A stretch of DNA of 35,849 bases, from IMG/VR virus record IMGVR_UViG_3300017766_002073, positions 1 to 35,849 of that record. One strand, 5' to 3'. The DNA is from a virus (taxonomy: Duplodnaviria > Caudoviricetes). The notes beneath the pieces are model-generated. The model was not told the origin of the DNA. It made no database searches and saw nothing but the letters and a program-made list of their open reading frames with translations. Both the position numbers and the translations under genes were made by a program. Of this stretch, positions 8,049-15,645 are shown one piece after another (the first letter of the stretch is position 1; each line of letters begins with the position of its first letter).

Positions 8049-8802
8049 TTTGGGCTCCTTGCTGTGCCAGGGCTGCAGCGTCCCAGTAGCCTCGCTCCAC
8101 CAGCACATTGGCGGCATCGCTTGCGGGGTTGGCAGATTCACCGATGGCTATGAGTTCGAGCACTGTCCGCAGGGCGTCGCGGTCGTCGTGCATTTCATTG
8201 CGCAGCCGCTTGCTGAAATCGGCGTCAGGCCCCGCCCCACTGTCGGGGCTCTGGGCTGCGAGAGCGGCGCGGTAAGGATTGGCGGGCATTGCGGGGCCAT
8301 CGGGCTCGTCGGTCGCGTGGTCCCACTGGAAGGCTTGAAGCTCTCCTGTCCATTTGCGGTGCGCCTCGAAGCCTTCCGTCCATGCTTGCGCAGTGTCGCC
8401 CGTCGCCCCTCCAGCGGCAGAGGTGGCGGCGCAATGGGTGTCGGCAAGTTCCTCGTCCCAAAAGCCACGATCCACTAGCACGGCTGACGCATCTCGCGCG
8501 GGATCGGCGGCTTCGCCAATTGCGATGAGTTCAAGCGCTGTCCGCAGCGCGTCGCGATCCTCGACGATCTCATGGAGGATGCGTTTCAAGTTGTCAGCTT
8601 GTGGCGCGGCAGAGGTGGCGGCCTGGGTGGACAAGAGCGCTTGGCAGAACGCCTCGAAGTCTGCGGGGGCGAACTCCAGCGAAACCAGTTCGTCGCCAGA
8701 GAAGCTGTTATGCGCGCGGGCCTTGTGTTGCCATGCGAGGTCGTACCATGGCTGCGAGGCTTCTTCCGGCAGCGACAGGGCGGCGGGTGTATCTTGGGTC
8801 AT
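8041..8802 (-). CDS. Mosaic early protein with internal duplication, 253 aa
   Basis: Start MTQDTP with GAAGGAA SD; two copies of DRDALRTxLELIAIGE...RG(F/Y)WD. Confidence 0.8.
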   Translation of the reverse strand: MTQDTPAALSLPEEASQPWYDLAWQHKARAHNSFSGDELVSLEFAPADFEAFCQALLSTQAATSAAPQADNLKRILHEIVEDRDALRTALELIAIGEAADPARDASAVLVDRGFWDEELADTHCAATSAAGGATGDTAQAWTEGFEAHRKWTGELQAFQWDHATDEPDGPAMPANPYRAALAAQSPDSGAGPDADFSKRLRNEMHDDRDALRTVLELIAIGESANPASDAANVLVERGYWDAAALAQQGAQNG

Positions 8803-8812
8803 TGTGTTTCCT

Positions 8813-9049
8813 TCAAAATGGCGGGTCACAAAATTCGCCGCTCTTTTGGTCCTTGTATTCGGCGAGCCGGCGACAGATGGGGCGCCGCAGCGGGTCGCCG
8901 TAGTGGCTGTTGATGCATTCCTGCTGTGCGAGGATTCGCCAATAGGCCAGGAGCAACGGCGTCTCGCGCCTGCTGTAGAAGTTCTGCATTGCGTCCTGCC
9001 CGCGCGCGATCTTCCAAAGGCGCTTGGTCCAGCGGATTGGCTTAGCCAT
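8813..9049 (-). CDS. Hypothetical protein, 78 aa
   Basis: GGGAGG SD; overlaps the upstream stop; fills the operon gap. Confidence 0.65.
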   Translation of the reverse strand: MAKPIRWTKRLWKIARGQDAMQNFYSRRETPLLLAYWRILAQQECINSHYGDPLRRPICRRLAEYKDQKSGEFCDPPF

Positions 9050-9512
9050 TGCTCGCCTCCCCGGTATCGGCGGGTTTCGCTGGTGGGGCGGCCATCACGT
9101 CCAGCGCGTCCTGGCATGCCTCTTCGGCGCTGTCGCCCTGGCCGCGCGCGATCACCTTGCGGCTTTTGGCGTATTCAGCGGTGCCGGGCTCGCCGCTCGC
9201 GGGCCGGTCGGTCAGCCATGCCATCCAGCCAGTCCGCCGCGTGTAGGCCAACTCGAAGTAGGCGTAGTTCTCGCCCTGCTCGATCAGGTCTTCATGCGCC
9301 TGCAGCAGGCCGCGAATCGGGTCGGACTGCTGGGCTGCCGCACTGGAAGCGCGGGCCGCCTGCCATGCCAGCCATAGTTCCTGCGTCAAGTCCCAGACGA
9401 AGCGGCAACGGTTTTCGTCCCATACCGTGTAGGCATGGCCGAACTTGCCGTTGTGCCAGGCCTCGAATTCATCACGGCCATCTGTTGTGGTGGGGGCGTC
9501 TTGTTTGGTCAT
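9042..9512 (-). CDS. Mosaic early protein, 156 aa
   Basis: Start MTKQD with AGGAG SD and ATGA overlap; RDEFEAW...WLAWQAARA cassette joined to a YFELAYTRRTGWMAWL cassette. Confidence 0.75.
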   Translation of the reverse strand: MTKQDAPTTTDGRDEFEAWHNGKFGHAYTVWDENRCRFVWDLTQELWLAWQAARASSAAAQQSDPIRGLLQAHEDLIEQGENYAYFELAYTRRTGWMAWLTDRPASGEPGTAEYAKSRKVIARGQGDSAEEACQDALDVMAAPPAKPADTGEASNG

Positions 9513-9718
9513 GTGGGGGCTCCTGTGGGGCGTTTTTCGTAGCTTGGGCACTGGCTGATGCAGTTCCAGAAGCGGTTTGTGTAGGGCCATCCGCGAACGC
9601 ACAGGGCCGGGGCATCCTTGCGACCAACGGGGCGCAGCAAGCAACAGTGCTGGCAATCCACGCAAAGGTCATCGGGAGTCAGCGACTGCTGCGCTCCAAG
9701 AGGGGGCGCCGCACTCAT
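9509..9718 (-). CDS. Cys-rich small protein, 69 aa
   Basis: ATGA overlaps at both ends; CxxCxxC...C...CxxxC pattern. Confidence 0.6.
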   Translation of the reverse strand: MSAAPPLGAQQSLTPDDLCVDCQHCCLLRPVGRKDAPALCVRGWPYTNRFWNCISQCPSYEKRPTGAPT

Positions 9719-10536
9719 GGCTGGTGGCAGTCGCATGGCAACTGCGGTTGAATGGCGATGATGCCGATGATCTTCTTGGCCTGCGCCCAGAAGCGTTGCT
9801 GTGGAATGTGCTCCGTGGCTGGGATGCCGTTGGCCTTCATCAGCTCAAAGCGCCCCTCCATTTCCTCTAAGTACACGGGCTGATCACCGTCGTAATGAAT
9901 GGCATAGCCAATCTCTTCCTCGGCCCACTTGCCCTTAAGCCAGATGTCGGGCCTAGTGCAATAGACGATGTACCAATGCTGCCACCCAGCCTTTAGGCAT
10001 CCGATACAGTTGCCATGGACAAAGGTGGTGTAGGTGCTGGGGCGCAGGATGCCGATCTCTTCCGTCGCAACAATGGTGCGGTCCTTCCACAGCGCCAGCG
10101 GGTAGTCCGTGCGGTAGCCTTTAGCTCCTAGGATGCCGGTGCGGCGGTGCATCCGCTTGCGCTCTTTCTTAGTGTTGTCGAATCCGTAGTAGATGACCGA
10201 CTGCCCTGGCGGCGCTTTGGCGTCCAACCACTCGTAAAACGGCTCGGTCTTGAGCCGCGATGTGCACAGCTCTGAACCGTTGCCGACCTTGAACGCCCCG
10301 GCCTCCACGCACACGTCGAACTGGTCTTGCGTGGCGTTTCGGCGACTGGCGAAGGTGAGTGGCAGGCCCAGATAGTCGGCCGTCTCCTGCTTGAAGCGCT
10401 TGATGTCCGCATGCTCGACGCTGAAGTGCATATCGTGATTGAGCAGCACCACGTTTTCAGGCCCGAAGCGCCGCGCAACTTCAATCGCCACCAGTGCCGA
10501 CGAATGGCCGCCGCTGTGACAGACGATGTGTTTCAT
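9715..10536 (-). CDS. PAPS-reductase-like (PP-loop) protein, 273 aa
   Basis: N-terminal VCHSGGHSS PP-loop, CTSRLK, YPL, HGNCIGCLK and C-terminal PCDC; TGGAG SD before MKHIV. Confidence 0.82.
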   Translation of the reverse strand: MKHIVCHSGGHSSALVAIEVARRFGPENVVLLNHDMHFSVEHADIKRFKQETADYLGLPLTFASRRNATQDQFDVCVEAGAFKVGNGSELCTSRLKTEPFYEWLDAKAPPGQSVIYYGFDNTKKERKRMHRRTGILGAKGYRTDYPLALWKDRTIVATEEIGILRPSTYTTFVHGNCIGCLKAGWQHWYIVYCTRPDIWLKGKWAEEEIGYAIHYDGDQPVYLEEMEGRFELMKANGIPATEHIPQQRFWAQAKKIIGIIAIQPQLPCDCHQP

Positions 10537-10587
10537 TGATCTCTCCAATACCCGGCTACGGGTGGGGTGTTGCGGGCGGTGGGGTGG

Positions 10588-11028
10588 TCAGGCCGCTTTT
10601 GCTTTACGACCCTTGGTCGTCGGGCTGTTTTCGCCGAGTCTGGCTTTGCAGTAGGCAATGAACCCCGGCATGTTCAGGTTCTCTTTCTGAGTGCCCCACT
10701 TGAGGTTGTCTGCGCGGTTGTTCAGCGCGTTTTCATCCTTGTGGATTACAACCGGCATGCCTTCTGGCGCGGGGCCGTGGAATGCTTCGCACACAAGCCG
10801 GTGAATCTTCATGTTCCCGTAAAACTTGTTGTAGATCCCCATGTACTTGTGCCGCGCTGTTTTGCTGGCGCTTGTGACTACGCCAAACGTAGGCTTTGGC
10901 GTGTAGGCGCGTTCTCCGCCATTTGGCATAGTGGCGGTCCTTGGCGGCAAAAGAATCCTGCCAAATGAACTGGCAAAGACTCCTTCACGGCTTGGGACAG
11001 GCTGCCATATCTCTATTTCGTTTTCCAT
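10588..11028 (-). CDS. HNH homing endonuclease with NUMOD4-like N-terminus
   Basis: EIWQPVP..ASSFGRI N-terminus; IHRLVCEAFHG..VVIHKDENALNNRADNLKWGTQKEN. Confidence 0.9.
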   Translation of the reverse strand: MENEIEIWQPVPSREGVFASSFGRILLPPRTATMPNGGERAYTPKPTFGVVTSASKTARHKYMGIYNKFYGNMKIHRLVCEAFHGPAPEGMPVVIHKDENALNNRADNLKWGTQKENLNMPGFIAYCKARLGENSPTTKGRKAKAA

Positions 11029-11051
11029 TTAGAGATGATACCACATCAAAT

Positions 11052-11459
11052 CTAAAAAGGCACATCCGAAAGATCGTCGTCGTATGGATCTTTTGCTTGG
11101 CGTGGAGCAGGAGCCTGGCGCTGCTGTGGACGTGGCGCAGGGGCTGGTGCTTCATCCCGGCGACCGCCTTGCAGTGCAACGTCATTCACGCGGATATCCA
11201 TCGAGGTCTTTTCAACGCCCGCGTTGTCGGTGTACTTGCGTTCGGACACAGAGCCCGACACAGCCACTTGCTGGCCCTTCGTGAGGTACTGGTGCAGCGA
11301 TTCAGCGCGCTTGCCAAACAACTGGCAGCGCCACCAGATCGTCGGCTTGTCACGGCCCTGGCTGTCGGCCACCGAGAAGTTAACCACGGGGTCGCCGTTG
11401 GGCAGGTTGCGGAGCTCAGCATCTCGGCCAAGTGGGCCAGCTACAGTGATGTTGTTCAT
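11052..11459 (-). CDS. ssb: Single-stranded DNA-binding protein
   Basis: GPLGRDAELR, NFSVA, YLTKGQQVAVSG and acidic tail DDDLSDVPF. Confidence 0.95.
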   Translation of the reverse strand: MNNITVAGPLGRDAELRNLPNGDPVVNFSVADSQGRDKPTIWWRCQLFGKRAESLHQYLTKGQQVAVSGSVSERKYTDNAGVEKTSMDIRVNDVALQGGRRDEAPAPAPRPQQRQAPAPRQAKDPYDDDLSDVPF

Positions 11460-11461
11460 GG

Positions 11462-12088
11462 TTATTCCTTCGGGGTGGCGGTTGCAACGCCGTGATCTTT
11501 GATGGCGCGACGGATGGGTGCGGACAGGTTGGCCCAGATTGCCGTACGCTCTTCAGCGTCTTCAATCTTTTGGTACGCCTCAAAAGCGCCTTGCACGTTC
11601 TGATTGCGCATGAGCTGTTGGATAGCCATGGTCACATCGCCAACGCGCTTCACGGCGGCGTCATCAGCCAGCACAGCGCCATCGGTAGGCTTGTTGCGCA
11701 CCGCTTGAGTCGCCTTCGTGGCCGCGTTGCCGTCATCGTCTTCTGGAGCAATGCCGCAGGCCGCCATGACGCTGTAGCGGCGCGCGTAGGTCAGGGCAGA
11801 CCCGTACCCCTGTGGATCTTGTTTGGCGGCTGGAACGTGCAGTTTGCCGCCTCGGATCGTCTCGCCGGACTCATGGAGGAAAACCGTCTCCACGGTTACA
11901 CCGGTAGCGTCCTCTGAGGTTTCCTGAATCAGGGCAATGCCGTTGTTCAGCAGGGCATCTTCCACGGCCTCCAAGCAAGTACCGAGGTCGGCGTACTTAG
12001 AACGAAACGCCGGGTTCGTCTTGTCCTTCAGCGCTGGGCCGAATTCCTTCTTGGCCTTCACAAAGGCGGGGGCAATTTTCTCGTACAT
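11462..12088 (-). CDS. erf: ERF-family single-strand annealing recombinase
   Basis: NPAFRSKYADL, HESGE and PQGYGSALTYARRYS...DDDGN signature. Confidence 0.93.
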   Translation of the reverse strand: MYEKIAPAFVKAKKEFGPALKDKTNPAFRSKYADLGTCLEAVEDALLNNGIALIQETSEDATGVTVETVFLHESGETIRGGKLHVPAAKQDPQGYGSALTYARRYSVMAACGIAPEDDDGNAATKATQAVRNKPTDGAVLADDAAVKRVGDVTMAIQQLMRNQNVQGAFEAYQKIEDAEERTAIWANLSAPIRRAIKDHGVATATPKE

Positions 12089-12173
12089 AGTTACTGGCCT
12101 TAGATTGGTCGTACTGGATTTGCTGCATTGCAGCGCTCTCGTCGCAGCTTTCCTGCAACATGCTTCTGTACAT
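11997..12173 (-). CDS. Possible small ORF, 58 aa, overlapping the erf start (not in ORF track)
   Basis: Strong AAGGAG SD before ATG at 12173 (MYRSMLQESCDESAAMQQ...); overlaps erf by about 90 nt in another frame. Confidence 0.4.
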   Translation of the reverse strand: MYRSMLQESCDESAAMQQIQYDQSKASNYVRENCPRLCEGQEGIRPSAEGQDEPGVSF

Positions 12174-12174
12174 C

Positions 12175-12556
12175 ACACTCTCCTTTCACAAGACGTAGCT
12201 ACAGCAGGGGTGATATGGGTGCATCACCTTTCTCCATCTGAGTGCCTCTTCTGTGCTATCCCAGACCAAGTGCCATGAGGGGTTTATTCCATCAGCCCGG
12301 CAGCTGCCTGTCACCGTATCTGCCGGACCTTGCTGCAGTCGCTAAACCAACGCTGCGGAGGCCAAGGTGGGTCGTTCAATGGCCTATGTTTCTTGAGTGC
12401 AGCCCATTTAGGCCCATTTGCTAACCCGCTCTGAGGGTCGTTTGGGCACAAAAAAACCTCCTGGTCTGTGCCCTGAGTGCTGGAACCACTCGCGCCATTT
12501 AAGGCAAGGACACAAGCCAGGAGGCTCGTTTGTCTTAGTGGTTCCAGCACGCCGAC
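12175..12556 (-). ncRNA. Candidate long structured RNA / switchable leader
   Basis: 14-bp perfect stem 12477-12490/12537-12550, alternative 20-bp helix 12507-12526/12455-12474, at least five further hairpins; most G-U pairs work only on the minus strand; promoter directly upstream. Confidence 0.6.
12408..12449 (-). CDS. Candidate 13-aa leader peptide (MPKRPSERVSKWA)
   Basis: AGGAGGT SD (12462-12456), 6-nt spacer, GTG at 12449, TAA at 12410-12408. Confidence 0.4.
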   Translation of the reverse strand: MPKRPSERVSKWA

Positions 12557-12562
12557 AACTGA

Positions 12563-12591
12563 ACTATGCCATAGGACTTGCAGACACTCAA
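12563..12591 (-). promoter_or_regulatory. Sigma70-like promoter
   Basis: TTGAGT-N17-CATAGT with extended -10 TGn, about 12 nt upstream of the 14-bp stem. Confidence 0.6.
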
Positions 12592-12595
12592 GTGG

Positions 12596-12778
12596 TTATT
12601 GCCCCTTGATGCACAAAAATCGCAGATCCTTTGCGCTACCGCTGACAAGCTCTGCCGCTTTCTTCCCGGCTGCATGGCATGCCTCCAAAGAAGGTTGCGG
12701 CACAGACAGCATTGCTACCGAATCGCCCTTAGCAAGCATCCCTGCATAGATGTAAATCACCAAAAAATAAGCGCTCAT
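12596..12778 (-). CDS. Small exported/membrane-anchored protein with two Cys, 60 aa
   Basis: TGGAG SD before MSAYFLVIYIYAG; hydrophobic N-terminus; SLEAC...FLC. Confidence 0.7.
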   Translation of the reverse strand: MSAYFLVIYIYAGMLAKGDSVAMLSVPQPSLEACHAAGKKAAELVSGSAKDLRFLCIKGQ

Positions 12779-12790
12779 ATCAAACTCCAT

Positions 12791-12813
12791 AAAAATAGGC
12801 CATCCACATAGCC
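12791..12813 (-). terminator. Possible intrinsic terminator
   Basis: Minus strand GGCTAT-GTGG-ATGGCC followed by TATTTTT. Confidence 0.45.
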
Positions 12814-12864
12814 AGGACAAAGGCATCGGCAAGGAATGCCGCTATCAGGGGGAGGGGGTGCATG

Positions 12865-13587
12865 TCAGGACGGAATCAAACCAAGCTGAGTTGGCGTGAC
12901 GGTCGCAGGCTCGAATAGCTGGCCCTGTGCGTGGGCTTGCTCGATGCGGCGGCAGGAGATTTCGAACCATTTCTCGTCCTGCTCAATGCCGATGAATTGG
13001 CGCCCCGCCGACACGGCAGCTACGCCAGTTGTCCCGCTGCCCATGAAGCAATCCAACACAGAGCCAGGTGAGTGCTTGACCAGAAAGTCCATCAGCGCCA
13101 CCGGCTTCTCTGCCGGGTGCCCGTTCTGCTTAAAACTACCCACGGGGAATGGCTGGACATCAGGCAGCCCGCGATCCGCGATGGAAAAGTCCGCATTGGC
13201 GAACAGCGCCACCAATTCATAGGAGGGACGCAACCCTTGGTTGCCACCTGGCCCGATCCACTTCTTATCCCAGACCATCAGGGAAGTAATGGGCCAGTTC
13301 ATGTCGCATGCCGCCTTCTGGAACGTGACCAACGAACGCCAGTTGAGGCAGGTCCACAGCGCGCCGGTGGGCTGCAGCTTCCTGCGCGCCTCATTGATCC
13401 ATGCCGCATACCAATATGCGGAATTGCATAGGTCGCCCCATGGGCTCAATTTGCCGCTGCCGTCGCTTTTAGTGTTGATCCCATACGGCGGGTCCGTAAT
13501 CACCACATCCACCTTCCCTAGCGTGGGCAGGACTTCCATGCAGTCACCTAGATACAAGGTTGCATCGCCTATGCGTTCAATCCTCAT
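12865..13587 (-). CDS. DNA N6-adenine/N4-cytosine methyltransferase, beta class
   Basis: VITDPPY precedes HPAEKP and VLDCFMGSGTTG. Confidence 0.93.
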   Translation of the reverse strand: MRIERIGDATLYLGDCMEVLPTLGKVDVVITDPPYGINTKSDGSGKLSPWGDLCNSAYWYAAWINEARRKLQPTGALWTCLNWRSLVTFQKAACDMNWPITSLMVWDKKWIGPGGNQGLRPSYELVALFANADFSIADRGLPDVQPFPVGSFKQNGHPAEKPVALMDFLVKHSPGSVLDCFMGSGTTGVAAVSAGRQFIGIEQDEKWFEISCRRIEQAHAQGQLFEPATVTPTQLGLIPS

Positions 13588-13811
13588 GGCCTCCCCCTCG
13601 CCACCACCAAGGCAGCTTCATCCGCCCGTGCCCGCGTCTCAGCGGTCCACAGGTCGGGGCGTTCGGACTGGGCCTGAGATAGTGCATCCCGCAGGCTCGC
13701 TGCTGTGGCTGCTTCTGCATCCATGTCGCTGGGGCCGTCCATCAGGTACGGCAGAATGAAGAACGCCGCAGTGATTGCGGCGGTGATGGGGATGGTTTTG
13801 AAGGCGGTCAT
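13584..13811 (-). CDS. Hypothetical protein with N-terminal TM segment, 75 aa
   Basis: ATGA overlaps at both ends; IPITAAITAAFFILPYLMDGPSD. Confidence 0.7.
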   Translation of the reverse strand: MTAFKTIPITAAITAAFFILPYLMDGPSDMDAEAATAASLRDALSQAQSERPDLWTAETRARADEAALVVARGRP

Positions 13812-14017
13812 GGTGTTGCCTTTGCTGCTGCAGCCTCGCGCTGCATGCGGTTCTGTGTGACCTGCTGGCAATCGCGGATGCAGTCACGGACCTGCTCGCG
13901 CATGCCTTCGCCGAAGTCGTGACCGTACTTGGATTGCAGCTTCATCAGCAGGAAGCCGGCGCCCATGCAGATGTCTTCGACGCGTGCCAGACGCTGGGTG
14001 GGTGATTTCTTAGCCAT
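13808..14017 (-). CDS. Hypothetical protein, 69 aa
   Basis: AAGGAG SD before MAKKSP; overlaps both neighbours. Confidence 0.65.
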   Translation of the reverse strand: MAKKSPTQRLARVEDICMGAGFLLMKLQSKYGHDFGEGMREQVRDCIRDCQQVTQNRMQREAAAAKATP

Positions 14018-14231
14018 GCTGGCTTTCTCCTTCAATGGAATCCCCGGCGCGCGGGGATGGGGTTGACTTCTCTGCGGCGGTCAACCAAATGGATGAGCCC
14101 TGCAGTTGCATCTGGCGGCGCTTTGATTCAGGCCAAGAGGCCATCTTTTCGCGGGCGTCATTCACGGCTCTCGCCCGTCGCTGCAGGTCGCGCATCTCCG
14201 CTATCTCGCGGGGTGTGGGGGTTGGGTTCAT
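14010..14231 (-). CDS. Hypothetical protein, 73 aa
   Basis: ATGA overlap with the upstream gene; tiles the operon. Confidence 0.6.
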   Translation of the reverse strand: MNPTPTPREIAEMRDLQRRARAVNDAREKMASWPESKRRQMQLQGSSIWLTAAEKSTPSPRAGDSIEGESQHG

Positions 14232-14554
14232 GGCTTCTTCCCCATTGCTGCGGCGGCACGGGTGATAACTCGGCGAGTCGCGCGCAGGTCATCGCCTGGG
14301 ACGAAGTGATCAAAGTCTTCTTTCAAGCCGCCCATGGTCGTCACGCAGCGCGTGCGAACAACGAATGGCTCCCCTGTTTTCACAGCCAAGCGTAGAGCGT
14401 CCGCATCGTCGCCCAATGAATTCCAGAAGACTTTCTGCGGCAGCCCGCGCCAGTTCTCCCAGTAGTACGACATGCCTTCATCGTCCCATTCCAGGGCAAT
14501 GCCATAAGCCTTGGCTGCAAGTTCAAGCAGTTCTTTGTCGGTGGCTGCGTTCAT
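14228..14554 (-). CDS. Conserved phage protein (distantly NinX-like), 108 aa
   Basis: DKELLELAAKA...WNSLGDDADALRLAVK...ATRRVITRAAA pattern. Confidence 0.7.
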   Translation of the reverse strand: MNAATDKELLELAAKAYGIALEWDDEGMSYYWENWRGLPQKVFWNSLGDDADALRLAVKTGEPFVVRTRCVTTMGGLKEDFDHFVPGDDLRATRRVITRAAAAMGKKP

Positions 14555-14718
14555 CCTTCGTACTCCTTCAAGCTCTGTTGTTGCTGGGTCAGCGCCCGGT
14601 GATATCGCGGCTCTTGAATGAGCTGCTCTACCTCTTCCAAGATCTCATCTAGATCAAGCGGGGGCGGTGCATATGGGGCTGTGTAGAGGCATTGCGCCAG
14701 GACTGGGGGGAGGGTCAT
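14551..14718 (-). CDS. Hypothetical protein, 55 aa (not in ORF track)
   Basis: TAGGAG SD; MTLPPVLAQCLYTAPYAPPPLDLDEILEEVEQLIQEPRYHRALTQQQQSLKEYEG; ATGA overlap downstream. Confidence 0.65.
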   Translation of the reverse strand: MTLPPVLAQCLYTAPYAPPPLDLDEILEEVEQLIQEPRYHRALTQQQQSLKEYEG

Positions 14719-14727
14719 GGGGTGCTC

Positions 14728-15165
14728 CTAATCCGTGTACGCGATGTACTTGAACTTGCCGCCGCCGAAATACTCGAACCGGCCGCCGAACGTGCCTTCC
14801 ACTTCTTTCTCGACCTGGGCGCGCGTCATGCTCTTCGGGTAGACGCCTTCCTTGATCATTGAAAAGTGCGTGTGCGGGATGAACCGCCAGCTCACCTTCG
14901 TGTTGTCCAGCGGGAGATTGCGGATGCGCTCCTGCTCTTTGTCCCACGCCGCCCAGTAGTCCTTGCTCTCTTGGCTTTGCGGAACTGGCTCCGGTTCGGG
15001 CTCATCGGCCTCCTGCCAATCGCATTCGGGGCAGTAGTTGCGCGGTGCGGTGCATGCGCTGCATGGCGGGTTGATGTGGCAAGAGCAGTTCTCGGCAGGA
15101 TGCGTCTCAATGACGCCAGTGCAGCCTTCACGCTCGCATGTTTCGCCTTCGCAGAATCCGGGCAT
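14728..15165 (-). CDS. Cys-rich (Zn-binding) phage protein, 145 aa
   Basis: GGAGG SD before MPGFCEGETC; CSCHINPPCSAC and CPEC motifs; C-terminal GTFGGRFEYFGGGKFKYIAYTD. Confidence 0.8.
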   Translation of the reverse strand: MPGFCEGETCEREGCTGVIETHPAENCSCHINPPCSACTAPRNYCPECDWQEADEPEPEPVPQSQESKDYWAAWDKEQERIRNLPLDNTKVSWRFIPHTHFSMIKEGVYPKSMTRAQVEKEVEGTFGGRFEYFGGGKFKYIAYTD

Positions 15166-15174
15166 AAGGCCTCC

Positions 15175-15206
15175 AAAAAGAGAAAAGCCCCGTACATGCG
15201 GGGCTT
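15175..15206 (-). terminator. Intrinsic terminator in the early-left operon
   Basis: Stem AAGCCCCG/CGGGGCTT followed on the minus strand by TTCTCTTTTT. Confidence 0.8.
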
Positions 15207-15229
15207 GGTGGGTTGATAGGGATGGGGTA

Positions 15230-15372
15230 GCCATCAATGCTCGACACTGCGGCCCAGTGCAGTGGCTTCCGGCATACGATCCGGCGCTCTCAAGGGCGGT
15301 GTGCTGCGCAGTTACGCCACGCAGCATCGGGCTGAGCTAGTCGAGCATTGATGGCCGCTCGTACGTGAGCGG
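15230..15372. ncRNA. Candidate multibranch structured RNA
   Basis: Perfect 16-bp inverted repeat 15230-15245/15340-15355 enclosing four hairpins, plus an adjacent CCGCTC/GAGCGG hairpin; intergenic. Confidence 0.55.
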
Positions 15373-15384
15373 GACGGCGGATTG

Positions 15385-15582
15385 CTAGAGCATGTCCGGC
15401 TCAAGCATCATGTCGAAGTACGCCAGCATCAAAGCAGCCTGCCCGTCATCGGGGTCTGCTGCCATTGCGCGGACGCCTTCAATCTGCTGCTTGAACAGCA
15501 TGACCCGATCAAAAGCGCCAGTTTTTTTAATTGCGGCTTCGACTTCTGCTTTGCAGTTCTTGATCAACTGTTCGTTGTCCAT
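15385..15582 (-). CDS. Hypothetical protein, 65 aa
   Basis: TGGAG SD; helical acidic protein on the operon strand. Confidence 0.7.
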   Translation of the reverse strand: MDNEQLIKNCKAEVEAAIKKTGAFDRVMLFKQQIEGVRAMAADPDDGQAALMLAYFDMMLEPDML

Positions 15583-15645
15583 CCTCGTTCTCCAGTAGGT
15601 TCTAGGTAGGTTGGGTGGGTGTCATGGCCCCCATGGATGGGGGGG

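Noticed and set aside
8803-9117. N-terminal extension of the 358-aa ORF
   Set aside because: It overlaps two other genes; an SD supports the start at 8802.
8354-9751. 465-aa plus-strand ORF
   Set aside because: Antisense shadow of several well-punctuated minus-strand genes; Ala/Ser/Arg-rich with no motif.
12280-12300. Hammerhead ribozyme core in the 12-kb RNA
   Set aside because: The minus strand reads CTGATGG rather than CTGATGA, and there is no properly placed GAAA.
12311-12550. 79-aa minus-strand ORF across the structured region
   Set aside because: It has no SD, starts only about 12 nt from the promoter -10, has no protein-like features, and coincides with the RNA stems.
15230-15355. 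tRNA gene
   Set aside because: It is multibranched but has no T-loop GTTCRA, D-loop consensus or 7-bp acceptor/CCA geometry; no tRNA was seen elsewhere either.
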